From: a bacterium
Lineage (GTDB): Bacteria; Bacillota; Clostridia; Peptostreptococcales; Anaerovoracaceae
Reading direction: 5' to 3'
NCBI GenBank assembly: GCA_963601575.1
Contig: CAVCFO010000003.1
Span: 33,472-97,471, forward strand
DNA: 64,000 nucleotides
In this document: piece after piece, positions 44,266 to 53,328 of the stretch
How positions within the stretch are numbered: position 1 is the stretch's first letter
Layout: every line of letters starts with the position of its first letter
Made by a program: the position numbers and the translations under genes
The notes under the pieces: model-generated
Databases searched by the model: none
The model's input: only the letters and a program-made list of their open reading frames with translations
Told to the model about the DNA's origin: nothing

Positions 44266-45450
44266 ATGAATGAGCAAAATATCTTGATCGTCAGGTGCGG
44301 CGAGGTCGCCCTCAAGGGCATGAATAAGCCGTATTTTGAGAGAATGCTGGCGGATAGAATCAAAAACAATCTCAAGTCATTTCGAGGCGCCGATGTAAGG
44401 CGCAGCGAGGGCCTGATTTTCGTGAGGGCGGACAAGGAGCTCCCAATCGATGCAATCATAAAGGAAATCTCAAAGGTCTTCGGTGTTGCTTCCATAAGCA
44501 AGGCGGTAGAGGCACAGCCTGAGCTTGATGCGATCGGCGAGGAAGCAGTTAGCTACATGAAAAAGCTGATTTCCGAAAGAGGCATAGGAACATTCAAGGT
44601 TGAGGCAAAACGTGCCGACAAGAACTTCCCGGTAAAATCTCCGGAAATAGGCAGAATCATCGGCGCAAAGATCCTCATCGGATGCAAGGTTCTGAAGGTA
44701 AATGTACATGAACCGGATGTCCTTCTGCATGTTGATGTGCGCCACGACCGTGCATACATATATGAGGGCAAAATTCCAGGATTCGGGGGGCTTCCTCTGG
44801 GGACAAACGGCAAGGGACTGACCCTGCTTTCGGGAGGAATAGATAGCCCCGTGGCGACATGGATGATGGCAAAACGCGGCATGCTCATCGAGGCGGTGCA
44901 CTTCCATTCCTATCCGTATACGAGCCAAAGAGCTCAGGAAAAGGTAGAGGACCTCGCAAGGATTCTCGCCACATACTGCGGCAGATTTAAGATGCATGTG
45001 ATAAATCTTCTGCCGATACAGGAGGCAATCGTAACAAACTGCCCTGAAGAGGAAACAACTATTTTGGTCCGCAGATTTATGATGCGAATTGCCGAGAGAA
45101 TCGCAAAGGACACGGGCTGCCAGATGCTTATTACGGGAGAAAATCTCGGACAGGTGGCAAGCCAGACTGCAGAAGCACTCGTGGTTACGGATGCCAGCGT
45201 GAGCCTTCCGGTGATGCGCCCGCTGATAGCAATGGATAAGGTCGATATCATGGCAAAGGCGGAAGAAATCGGCACATTTGAGACTTCGATACAGCCATAT
45301 GAGGACTGCTGCACGGTATTCCTGCCGAAGCATCCTGCCACGAAGCCAAGGCTCGAACGAATTTTGGAGTCCGAGAGCAAACTGGACTGCGAGGCATTGA
45401 TCGAAGCCGCAATAAAGGCACAGGAAATAGTCAATATCATCCCTGAGTAG
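44266..45450 (+). CDS. thiI: tRNA 4-thiouridine synthase ThiI (no rhodanese domain)
   Basis: N-terminal ferredoxin-like and THUMP domains, PP-loop LLSGGIDSPVA. 394 aa is typical of Firmicutes. Confidence 0.94.
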   Translation: MNEQNILIVRCGEVALKGMNKPYFERMLADRIKNNLKSFRGADVRRSEGLIFVRADKELPIDAIIKEISKVFGVASISKAVEAQPELDAIGEEAVSYMKKLISERGIGTFKVEAKRADKNFPVKSPEIGRIIGAKILIGCKVLKVNVHEPDVLLHVDVRHDRAYIYEGKIPGFGGLPLGTNGKGLTLLSGGIDSPVATWMMAKRGMLIEAVHFHSYPYTSQRAQEKVEDLARILATYCGRFKMHVINLLPIQEAIVTNCPEEETTILVRRFMMRIAERIAKDTGCQMLITGENLGQVASQTAEALVVTDASVSLPVMRPLIAMDKVDIMAKAEEIGTFETSIQPYEDCCTVFLPKHPATKPRLERILESESKLDCEALIEAAIKAQEIVNIIPE

Positions 45451-45631
45451 GATGAATAAAGAAAGCTATTGACATGGCATGCACCTGCCACATGGCGCAA
45501 TATCCTTTTGCAGAAAGTAGGGTTTATTATACGACCGTTGTTGCTTTTGTAGATAATTTGGACAAGTTTTTATGGATTTGGTATACATTCGGTGAAAAAA
45601 GAATATTTCCGCGAAAAATCGCAAAATATGC

Positions 45632-45660
45632 TTGCAAGATCGGCCAAAAAGTGGTTTAAT
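45632..45660 (+). promoter_or_regulatory. candidate sigma-A promoter of bcd-etfBA
   Basis: TTGCAA-17 nt-TTTAAT. Confidence 0.4.
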
Positions 45661-45671
45661 AATGATGTATG

Positions 45672-45689
45672 TTGTTATGCTTTTAACAC
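45672..45689 (+). promoter_or_regulatory. candidate Rex (redox repressor) operator
   Basis: TTGTTATGCTTTTAACAC matches the clostridial Rex consensus TTGTTAANNNNTTAACAA at 12 of 14 specified positions. It lies just downstream of the candidate -10. Confidence 0.45.
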
Positions 45690-45768
45690 AGGCTAACAAG
45701 TTAAAAACAGGCCTCTGTCTTTTGCAAGAAGGGAAAGGCCGTTATTAATAATTTAAGGAGGCATTTAA

Positions 45769-46911
45769 ATGAACTTTCAACTGACGAAGGAACAAGAATT
45801 CGTAAGAAAAATGGTAAGAGAATTTGCCACTAACGAAGTTGAACCTTTAGCTGCTGACATCGACAAGGAACACAGATTCCCGGTTGAGACAGTAGAAAAA
45901 ATGGCTAAGTATGGTTTGATGGGAATCCCATTCCCTACACAGTACGGCGGAGCAGGCGGAGATCACATCTCCTATGCAATCACTGTAGAAGAGTTAGCAA
46001 GAGTATGCGCATCCACAAGCGTTATCGTTTCTGCTCACACTTCACTTTGCTGCTGGCCAATCTTCAACTATGGTACAGAAGAGCAGAAGACGAAATATCT
46101 TCCTGACTTACTTTCCGGCAAGAAACTCGGCGCATTCGGCTTGACCGAACCTAACGCAGGTACAGACGCATCCGGACAGCAGACAAGAGCAGAACTTGTA
46201 GACGGCAAGTGGATCCTCAACGGAGCCAAGGTATTCATCACAAACGGTGGATATGCCGACACCTTCGTTGTAATGGCTATGACAGATAAGAAAAAAGGAA
46301 ACCACGGAATTTCCGCATTTATCGTAGAAAAAGGCGATGAAGGTTTCTCCATCGGTAAGACAGAGGATAAGATGGGTATTTGCGCATCTTCCACTACAGA
46401 ACTTATTTTCCAGAACTGCGCAATTCCGGAAGACAGACTTCTCGGACAGGTTGGCGACGGATTCAAGGTTGCAATGAGCACGCTTGACGGCGGCCGTATC
46501 GGTATCGCTTCTCAGGCTCTTGGTATCGCTCAGGGCGCATTCGACGTAACAGTTGAATATATGCAGGCAAGAAAGCAGTTCGGCAAGAAGCTTTCCCAGT
46601 TCCAGGCGCTTCAGTTCGAAATGGCTGACCTTAAGACAAGAATCGAAGCTGCAAGACTTCTGGTTTACAGAGCTGCCGACATGAAGGATAGACACCTTCC
46701 GTACAGCGAAGCTGCTGCAATGGCTAAGCTGTATGCCGCAGAAACTGCAATGGCTGTAACCACCAAGTGTGTACAGTACCACGGCGGATACGGATATACC
46801 AAGGATTATCCGGTTGAAAGAATGATGAGAGACGCTAAGATTACTGAGATCTACGAAGGTACTTCCGAAGTTCAGAGAATGGTAATCGCCGGCAAGACTT
46901 TCAAGAAATAA
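45769..46911 (+). CDS. bcd: short-chain (butyryl-CoA-type) acyl-CoA dehydrogenase
   Basis: GLTEPNAGTDA, QALGIAQGA, YEGTSEVQRMVI (catalytic Glu); followed by etfB-etfA; strong GGAGG RBS. Confidence 0.9.
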   Translation: MNFQLTKEQEFVRKMVREFATNEVEPLAADIDKEHRFPVETVEKMAKYGLMGIPFPTQYGGAGGDHISYAITVEELARVCASTSVIVSAHTSLCCWPIFNYGTEEQKTKYLPDLLSGKKLGAFGLTEPNAGTDASGQQTRAELVDGKWILNGAKVFITNGGYADTFVVMAMTDKKKGNHGISAFIVEKGDEGFSIGKTEDKMGICASSTTELIFQNCAIPEDRLLGQVGDGFKVAMSTLDGGRIGIASQALGIAQGAFDVTVEYMQARKQFGKKLSQFQALQFEMADLKTRIEAARLLVYRAADMKDRHLPYSEAAAMAKLYAAETAMAVTTKCVQYHGGYGYTKDYPVERMMRDAKITEIYEGTSEVQRMVIAGKTFKK

Positions 46912-46928
46912 GGTAGGAGGAGAAACAA

Positions 46929-47735
46929 ATGGCATTTAAGATTATCGTATGCGCAAAGCAAGTTCCTGATACAAACGTTATCAAGATTAACCCTAAAACA
47001 GGAACATTAATCAGAGACGGTGTTCCATCAATCCTTAACCACGATGACAACAACGCTCTCGAAGAAGCATTAAAAATTAAAGACAAATATAAAGACGTAA
47101 CCGTAACGGTTATCTCGATGGGACCTCCTCAGGCAACAGACCTTCTTTTCGAATGTATCGCAAAGGGTGCTGACGAAGGCGTTCTCATTTCCGACAGAGC
47201 AGTAGGCGGTTCCGACACATGGGCAACTTCCAACACTCTCGAAGCTGCAATCAAAAAATGGGAAAAAGAAAACGGCCCTGCTGACCTGATCTTTGCAGGT
47301 CGTCAGGCTATCGACGGAGATACCGCTCAGGTAGGTCCGCAAATCGCAGAAAAATTGGATCTTCCGCAGGTTACATATGTAGAAGAATTCAAGATTGAAG
47401 ATAACCTTAAGGACATCACCGTTAAGAGACAGCTCGAAGACGGCTATGAACTTATCGCAATCAAAACTCCTTGCATGTTGACTGCTATCAAGGAACTTAA
47501 CGAACCGAGATACATGAACATGAAGGGTATCTTTGGCGAAAAGGACATCAAGATCTGGAACGCTAAGGATATCGAAGTAGACCTTAATAAAGTAGGTCTT
47601 GAAGCTTCCCCGACAAACGTATTCAGATCGTTCACACCGGCTCCGAAGGCTCCTGGTCAGAAGGTAGCAGGCGACACTGAAAACGAACAGGCTAAGAACT
47701 TACTGATTCAGCTTAAGGGTAAGCACATCATCTAA
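46929..47735 (+). CDS. etfB: electron transfer flavoprotein beta subunit
   Basis: KIIVCAKQVPD, AGRQAIDGDTAQVGPQIAEKLDLPQVTYV. Confidence 0.93.
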   Translation: MAFKIIVCAKQVPDTNVIKINPKTGTLIRDGVPSILNHDDNNALEEALKIKDKYKDVTVTVISMGPPQATDLLFECIAKGADEGVLISDRAVGGSDTWATSNTLEAAIKKWEKENGPADLIFAGRQAIDGDTAQVGPQIAEKLDLPQVTYVEEFKIEDNLKDITVKRQLEDGYELIAIKTPCMLTAIKELNEPRYMNMKGIFGEKDIKIWNAKDIEVDLNKVGLEASPTNVFRSFTPAPKAPGQKVAGDTENEQAKNLLIQLKGKHII

Positions 47736-47754
47736 TTAGGAGGAGGAATACAAA

Positions 47755-49038
47755 ATGGCAATTAAAATTTTAAAAGATAAATGTAAAGGCTGTTCCCTCT
47801 GCGTAAAGGCTTGCCCGTTCGACGCTCTCAAGATCGAGAACAGACTCGCGATCGTAGACGAAGCCAAATGTACAAACTGTAATGCTTGTATCGCAAAATG
47901 TAAATTCGACGCTATCGAAGCTGCTCCGGAAGCTGAAAAGGTTGACCTTTCCGCTTACAAGCACATTTGGGTATTCGCAGAACAAAGACACGGCAAGATC
48001 CAGAATGTAGCTCTTGAACTTCTCGGCGAAGGCAAGAAGCTCGCTAAGGACATCAGCGACGATACTCAGATCTGTGCAGTACTTATCGGTAACAATATCG
48101 ACCACCTTGCACAGGAATGTTTCGAATACGGTGCTGAAAAGGTTTACATGGTTCAGGATCCGTTACTCGAAAACTTCACAACCGACGGTTATACAAAGGT
48201 TATGAAGCAGCTCATCGACACATATAAGCCAGAAATCGTTCTTTACGGCGCAACTCATATCGGTCGTGACTTCGCACCTCGTATCGCAGCAAGATGCAAT
48301 ACAGGTCTTACTGCTGACTGTACTCACCTTGACGTTAAGGTTTCCAAGTACATCGAGTTCGCAAAGGCTAATACTACACTTGATACATCCACACTTGACC
48401 CTAACGACCCGTCAACAGGAATCAAGCAGACTCGTCCGGCATTCGGCGGTAACCTCATGGCTACCATCATCTGCCCGAAGACAAGACCGCAGATGTCCAC
48501 AGTTCGTCCTGGCGTTATGCAGAAACAGGAAAGACAGGTTGGAGCTAAGGGCGAAATCGTTAACGTTAAGCCTGATATCAAAGCTTCCGACATCAGAATC
48601 GAAATCAAGGATATCGTTAAGTCCGCTAAGGAAATGGTTTCCCTTACAGACGCTAAGATCATCTGCTCCGGCGGTCGTGGTCTTGGAGATGCTTCCGGTT
48701 TCGACCTCATGAAGCAGTTTGCTGACAAGGTTGGCGGAGTTGTTGGCGCATCCCGTGCTGCTGTAGACGCAGGCTGGATCGATCACTCCCACCAGGTAGG
48801 TCAGACAGGTACGACAGTTAAGCCGGAAATCTACTTTGCTTGCGGCATTTCCGGAGCTATTCAGCACCTTGCAGGTATGCAGACTTCAAACTGCATCGTA
48901 GCTATCAACAAGGATCCTGACGCTCCTATCATGGAAATTGCCGACTACGCAATCGTAGGCGACCTCTACAAGGTAATCCCTGAAATCATGAAGGAATGGG
49001 ATAACGCAGAAGCGCTGTATGATGCAACTACGAAGTAG
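47755..49038 (+). CDS. etfA: electron transfer flavoprotein alpha subunit fused to an N-terminal 2x[4Fe-4S] ferredoxin domain
   Basis: N-terminus [12 protein letters not shown] ... [11 protein letters not shown] (two CxxCxxCxxxC-type motifs), then an EtfA body ([43 protein letters not shown]). Confidence 0.92.
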   Translation: MAIKILKDKCKGCSLCVKACPFDALKIENRLAIVDEAKCTNCNACIAKCKFDAIEAAPEAEKVDLSAYKHIWVFAEQRHGKIQNVALELLGEGKKLAKDISDDTQICAVLIGNNIDHLAQECFEYGAEKVYMVQDPLLENFTTDGYTKVMKQLIDTYKPEIVLYGATHIGRDFAPRIAARCNTGLTADCTHLDVKVSKYIEFAKANTTLDTSTLDPNDPSTGIKQTRPAFGGNLMATIICPKTRPQMSTVRPGVMQKQERQVGAKGEIVNVKPDIKASDIRIEIKDIVKSAKEMVSLTDAKIICSGGRGLGDASGFDLMKQFADKVGGVVGASRAAVDAGWIDHSHQVGQTGTTVKPEIYFACGISGAIQHLAGMQTSNCIVAINKDPDAPIMEIADYAIVGDLYKVIPEIMKEWDNAEALYDATTK

Positions 49039-49059
49039 AGTTTCTTCGATTATATTAAA

Positions 49060-49085
49060 GCGACCTCATTGAGGTCGCTTTTTTT
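49060..49085 (+). terminator. intrinsic terminator after etfA
   Basis: GCGACCTC-ATT-GAGGTCGC followed by TTTTTTT. Confidence 0.8.
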
Positions 49086-49106
49086 ACGCCGTTGGCGCAA
49101 GGTTGA

Positions 49107-49228
49107 AACTATATAATTTCTTCGGCCATGCTCAGAAATTATAACCAAAATATCAATAGCACGAAAAATGGCTCCGCTTGGAGCCATTTTTTCCGTGCTG
49201 CTTGCGCGGTTTGTAACTATATAATTTC
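49107..49228 (+). repeat. exact 14-bp direct repeat AACTATATAATTTC (49107-20, 49215-28), each ~25-30 nt downstream of a terminator hairpin
   Basis: The extended similarity is GCGCAAGGTTGA-AACTATATAATTTC-TTCGG versus GCGCGGTTTGT-AACTATATAATTTC-CGG. Confidence 0.6.
49159..49199. terminator. bidirectional terminator hairpin (dapB-like gene on minus; possibly a short plus-strand transcript)
   Basis: AGCACGAAAAATGGCTCC-GCTT-GGAGCCATTTTTTCCGTGCT has an A-run and a T-run on either side of an 8-bp GC core, extended by AGCACG/CGTGCT. Confidence 0.65.
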
Positions 49229-49234
49229 CGGCTT

Positions 49235-49957
49235 TTATTCAACCACGTCGGCCATGGTATACATTCCGATGCCTTTTCCTTCCATAAATTCTATCGCTCT
49301 GCAAGCGCCGATTGCGAAGCATCTTCCCGTATAGGACTGGTGGGAGATTTCGATTCTCTCGTCTATGCCGCCGAAGTATATGGTATGCGTGCTAGGACAA
49401 TCTCCCATGCGTCCGGAATGAAACTGGATCTTCGAAATATCGATACCGGCAGCATGTGCCATAGCTTCGCCCATTTCCAGAGCCGTTCCGCTGGGTGCAT
49501 CGAGCTTGTTTCTATCGTGAATATCCATGATTTCGATATCGCAGGATGTGTGTAGATTCTTCGCTGCGAATTCCAGAATCTTCATCAGGACATTTACCAT
49601 AAAGGAGGTATTTGCAGCCTTCAGGAGCGGAATCCTTTTGCTTGCATCTTCGATCTTTTGGTTCATTTCCGGTGTAAATCCGGTGCTGCCCTCAAGAAGC
49701 GCCTTGTTGTGAGCAAGGCAAACATCCAGTACATCCATAGCGATATTCGCTCCGGAAAAGTCCACGACCAGATCACATTTGTCAATTATCGCATCCAGAT
49801 CATCGTAGACCATAACTCCGCAGATTTCGGTTCCTATGTAGTCTCTGCCTTTTGGACCCACTGCAGCGACAACTTCGATATCCTTGCACTTTACTGCTTC
49901 CTCCAAAATTAGAGAGTCCATCTTGCCCTTCGGGGCCATTATAATTACTTTTATCAT
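49235..49957 (-). CDS. dihydrodipicolinate reductase (DapB)-like protein with a divergent nucleotide-binding motif
   Basis: The core EIMDIHDRNKLDAPSGTALEMGEAMAHA aligns to DapB E(A)HHRHKVDAPSGTA. The N-terminus IIMAPKGKMD replaces GxxGxMG. The start is uncertain (ATG 49957 or TTG 49975). Confidence 0.7.
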   Translation of the reverse strand: MIKVIIMAPKGKMDSLILEEAVKCKDIEVVAAVGPKGRDYIGTEICGVMVYDDLDAIIDKCDLVVDFSGANIAMDVLDVCLAHNKALLEGSTGFTPEMNQKIEDASKRIPLLKAANTSFMVNVLMKILEFAAKNLHTSCDIEIMDIHDRNKLDAPSGTALEMGEAMAHAAGIDISKIQFHSGRMGDCPSTHTIYFGGIDERIEISHQSYTGRCFAIGACRAIEFMEGKGIGMYTMADVVE

Positions 49958-50041
49958 CTTTTCCTGTACAATCAAACTTGTGTGACTGCCTCTCCTTTCA
50001 TTTCTATTGCAAGTAAATTATATGCTATTTGTGATATAATA

Positions 50042-52447
50042 TCAACATATTAAAGAAAAAAATCGTATGGTCTCCATAGCTTCCTTCGCATAACGGTCGG
50101 CGCCTATGCGGTCTGCATATTCCTGATTGAGGACGGCACCACCGACCACGACCTTGCACCACGGCGCTTTTTCGTTGAGAAGGGCAATGGTTTCTTCCAT
50201 TGCGGGAACCGTGGTGGTCATCAATGCGCTGAGGCCGACAGCCGGAGCGTGGTGGCTGATAACCGCATCCAGGATTTCCTGCGGAGGCACGTCCTTGCCG
50301 AGGTCAATGACCTCAAAACCATAATTTTCGAGCAAAAGCCGCACTATATTCTTGCCTATGTCGTGAATGTCTCCGCGCACGGTAGCTATGACCACGGGAC
50401 ACTTGCTTGCAACGGTTTCCGTTGACATACGCGCTTTTATCTTCTCAAATGATGATTTGGCAGCCTCTGCTGCCATCAGGAGCTGTGGCAGATAAACTCG
50501 CTTCTCTTCGAAGCCCTTGCCGACAATGTCCAGTGCAGGTATTATTTCCTTCTGTATGATCTCAAGAGGATCTACGCTTGCCAGCAGCTGCTCGGTAAGC
50601 TCCGCGGCCTGATCCTTCAGGCCGCGGGCGATAGCGCGCTGCAGAGCCGATTTATAGTCAGCGGTATCTCCTGCCGCGCTATCGCCCGCTTGCGAATTTG
50701 ACTGCACCGGTGCATTTTCCGGAAGTGATGAAACAAAATTTATGTAGTCGCTGCAGCTTTCGTCCATCATATGCAGCGCGCGGAATGCATAATATGATTT
50801 CATCATATCCTGCGCGAAAGGATTCATGATGGCAGCAGACAGACCGTTTTCTAGGGCGCAGGTAAAGAAAGCTGCATTTATCGCATCGCGCTTTGGAAGC
50901 CCGAAGGAGATATTTGATACACCAAGGGATGTATGGCAACCCAGATCCTGCTTTATAGTTCGGAGAGCCTTGAGCGTCTGTATCGCAGCACCGGGCTCTG
51001 CGCTGACGGTCATCGCAAGGGTATCGAATATAATATTTTTTTTGTCTATGCCATATTCGGCAGCACAGGCGAGGATATTCTCTGCTATTTCAACGCGTTC
51101 CTCCGCGGTTTTGGGTATGCCATTATCGTCGAGCGTGAGAGCAACCGCAAGCCCGCCGTATTTTTTCATGAGAGGGAATATCGTTCTCATGGATTCTTCC
51201 TTGCCATTTACGGAATTTATCATGGCCTTGCCGTTGTAGATCCGCAGCGCTGCCTCCATAGCCTCGGCATCCGAGGTGTCTATCTGAAGGGGCAGGTCGA
51301 TTACGGCCTGAAGCTCCTGCAGGGACTCTCGCAGCATTTTTACCTCGTCGATTTCCGGTAGTCCTACATTTACATCCAGAATATGAACGCCGCATTCTTG
51401 CTGGCGGATTCCCTCCTGGAGAATATAATCCATGTCATGCTCCTTTAGAGCCTGTTTGAAGCGTTTCTTGCCGGTAGGATTGATTCGTTCGCCGATCAGG
51501 AGCGGCTGCGCATCAAACTTGACCGCATGAGTATAGGAGGAAACGCAGGTGATTTCCTTATCCGTAAGAGCTACGGGCGGAATTTCGCAGGTAGCCTTTA
51601 CTATTTCTCGGATATATGCAGGCGTTGTGCCGCAGCAGCCGCCCGCTATGCGGACTCCCTGACGGACATATTCTGCCATATCGGATGCAAATTCAGCAGG
51701 CAGCGTCGAATAAACTGCCTTGCCATCTGCCTCCTGAGGAAGACCGGCATTTGGCTTTAGCAATACCGGAATCGAAGCATTTTCAAGAAGCTCGCTGACA
51801 ACGCCCTTCAGCTGTTTCGGCTCGAGGGAGCAATTTGCACCGATGGCATTTGCACCCATGCCTTCTGCCAATGCAACCATTGCAGCAGGGGAGGCGCCGG
51901 TCATGAGCTTTCCATCCTCTCCATATGCATTCGAAACGAAAACAGGAAGATGTGAGTTTTCCTTTGCGGCAAGAAGCGCCGCCTTCGTCTCGTAGCTGTC
52001 GCTCATGGTTTCGATATATACAAGATCCACTCCGTTTTTCACTCCGAGCTCTACAATCTCGGCAAAGAGTGCGACAGCATCTTCGAAGTCAAGATCACCG
52101 TATGGCTTTAGAAGCTTTCCGGATGGACCTATGTCAAGAGCAATATATTTTGCCTGCGAAGATTCTGCCATATCCCGCGCCGCCTTTGCATTATGCACGG
52201 CAGCTGCTATTATCTTTGCAAGCTCATCATGCGAGAACTTCAATGCGTTCGCGCCGAAGGTATTGGTTGCTACCACATTGCTTCCCGCTTCGAAATATTC
52301 TCTTTGGATGCGCTGAATTACCTCGGGATGGCTGAGATTCCAGCGCTCAGGATATTCTCCGGCAGCAAGGCCCGCATCCTGAAGCAGGGTGCCCATGCCG
52401 CCATCAAGATAAAGCAGGTGATCCTTCATATAATCTAAGATATTCAT
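50042..52447 (-). CDS. metH: methionine synthase core (Hcy-binding + pterin-binding + B12 cap/binding domains; no activation domain)
   Basis: Hcy domain LDGGMGT and GGCCGTTP, a pterin-binding barrel, and the B12 motif GDIHDIGKNIV (DxHxxG). The protein ends after the Rossmann B12 domain at 801 aa. Confidence 0.92.
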   Translation of the reverse strand: MNILDYMKDHLLYLDGGMGTLLQDAGLAAGEYPERWNLSHPEVIQRIQREYFEAGSNVVATNTFGANALKFSHDELAKIIAAAVHNAKAARDMAESSQAKYIALDIGPSGKLLKPYGDLDFEDAVALFAEIVELGVKNGVDLVYIETMSDSYETKAALLAAKENSHLPVFVSNAYGEDGKLMTGASPAAMVALAEGMGANAIGANCSLEPKQLKGVVSELLENASIPVLLKPNAGLPQEADGKAVYSTLPAEFASDMAEYVRQGVRIAGGCCGTTPAYIREIVKATCEIPPVALTDKEITCVSSYTHAVKFDAQPLLIGERINPTGKKRFKQALKEHDMDYILQEGIRQQECGVHILDVNVGLPEIDEVKMLRESLQELQAVIDLPLQIDTSDAEAMEAALRIYNGKAMINSVNGKEESMRTIFPLMKKYGGLAVALTLDDNGIPKTAEERVEIAENILACAAEYGIDKKNIIFDTLAMTVSAEPGAAIQTLKALRTIKQDLGCHTSLGVSNISFGLPKRDAINAAFFTCALENGLSAAIMNPFAQDMMKSYYAFRALHMMDESCSDYINFVSSLPENAPVQSNSQAGDSAAGDTADYKSALQRAIARGLKDQAAELTEQLLASVDPLEIIQKEIIPALDIVGKGFEEKRVYLPQLLMAAEAAKSSFEKIKARMSTETVASKCPVVIATVRGDIHDIGKNIVRLLLENYGFEVIDLGKDVPPQEILDAVISHHAPAVGLSALMTTTVPAMEETIALLNEKAPWCKVVVGGAVLNQEYADRIGADRYAKEAMETIRFFSLIC

Positions 52448-52525
52448 AAAAATCTCCGTTCCGCCGCAGCGCGCGGCTAAATTTATATAAATAGAAAAAT
52501 TCTTAAAGCCTATCGAAAATAGAAG

Positions 52526-53245
52526 CTAAGCTTGCCTGAATTCGCAGTCCGTTTTGCTGCAAGCCTTGCATCCTGCAGGTGGAAGGTGGAAGTCATTTTT
52601 ATCCGCAGGCATAGCTTTCTCTCTTGCCTTCGCAATTGTCTCTTTCTGCGAAAGGCCGACTATCGCTGATACTGATTTGCTAGGGCTCATTAAAAGACTG
52701 TCGTTGAGCGACAGTCCGATCTTGCGATGGCAATCGAGTGCTCTGAAGACATCTCTTTGTGCTTCGAGCGGAAAGTCCCCGTAGCCGGGACTGAATCTGG
52801 GCTTCATTGCGAGGCCTTCAGCCTCGTATTTTTGCCTTTGCTCATCGCAGAATTCATCACACACAGACTCGATGCGCTCCGCGCCGATCGCCTGCATGCA
52901 CAGAGCCTTCGCAGGGGATAGCCTGCCATATTTTGTGATGAGGCGATCCGTAGCAAGCCCGATGGTGGCAGCAAATAGGATGAACCTCTCGCAAGCCTGC
53001 AAATTGTGCATAAGATCGCGGCTTTCCGTTTGCATAAATCCAAGGTCAAGCCCGCTTTCTATCTCTTTGACCGGAAAAGTCCGCCAGCATACCTTGTAGA
53101 CAAGTAGCGGCAGCATCTCAGAAAGTGACTCATCGATGAGACCTGAAACATTGTCTGCCGCATCTTCGCAGCGCATATATCGCAAGATTTCCCGCCTGCT
53201 CAGGGGCGGCGGGGGATAATTTTTTGTAAAAATAATTTGATCCAT
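52526..53245 (-). CDS. stand-alone MetH reactivation (AdoMet-binding activation) domain protein
   Basis: RFSPGYGDFPL matches the R-x-x-x-G-Y AdoMet-binding motif of the MetH activation domain. It lies between metF and metH. There is a C-terminal CxxCxxxxC tail. Confidence 0.72.
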   Translation of the reverse strand: MDQIIFTKNYPPPPLSRREILRYMRCEDAADNVSGLIDESLSEMLPLLVYKVCWRTFPVKEIESGLDLGFMQTESRDLMHNLQACERFILFAATIGLATDRLITKYGRLSPAKALCMQAIGAERIESVCDEFCDEQRQKYEAEGLAMKPRFSPGYGDFPLEAQRDVFRALDCHRKIGLSLNDSLLMSPSKSVSAIVGLSQKETIAKAREKAMPADKNDFHLPPAGCKACSKTDCEFRQA

Positions 53246-53328
53246 ATTTATACTCTTTATACTCTGTATTTTATCATATTATTCATATCATTTATTTGCA
53301 TACATTTTAGTATCCGGTTAGTATCCGG

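Noticed and set aside
45469-45491. Sigma-54-like or palindromic TGGCAT-GCACC-TGCCA after a TTGACA hexamer, downstream of thiI
   Set aside because: The GG-to-GC spacing is one nucleotide short of the -24/-12 consensus (TGGCAC-N5-TTGCA). No enhancer-binding protein is nearby, and no usable -10 follows the TTGACA. It is kept only as a 5-bp-arm inverted repeat of unknown meaning.
49128-49334. 68-aa plus-strand ORF in the etfA/dapB-like gap
   Set aside because: It crosses a strong terminator hairpin and continues antisense into the dapB-like gene. It has no RBS and no motifs.
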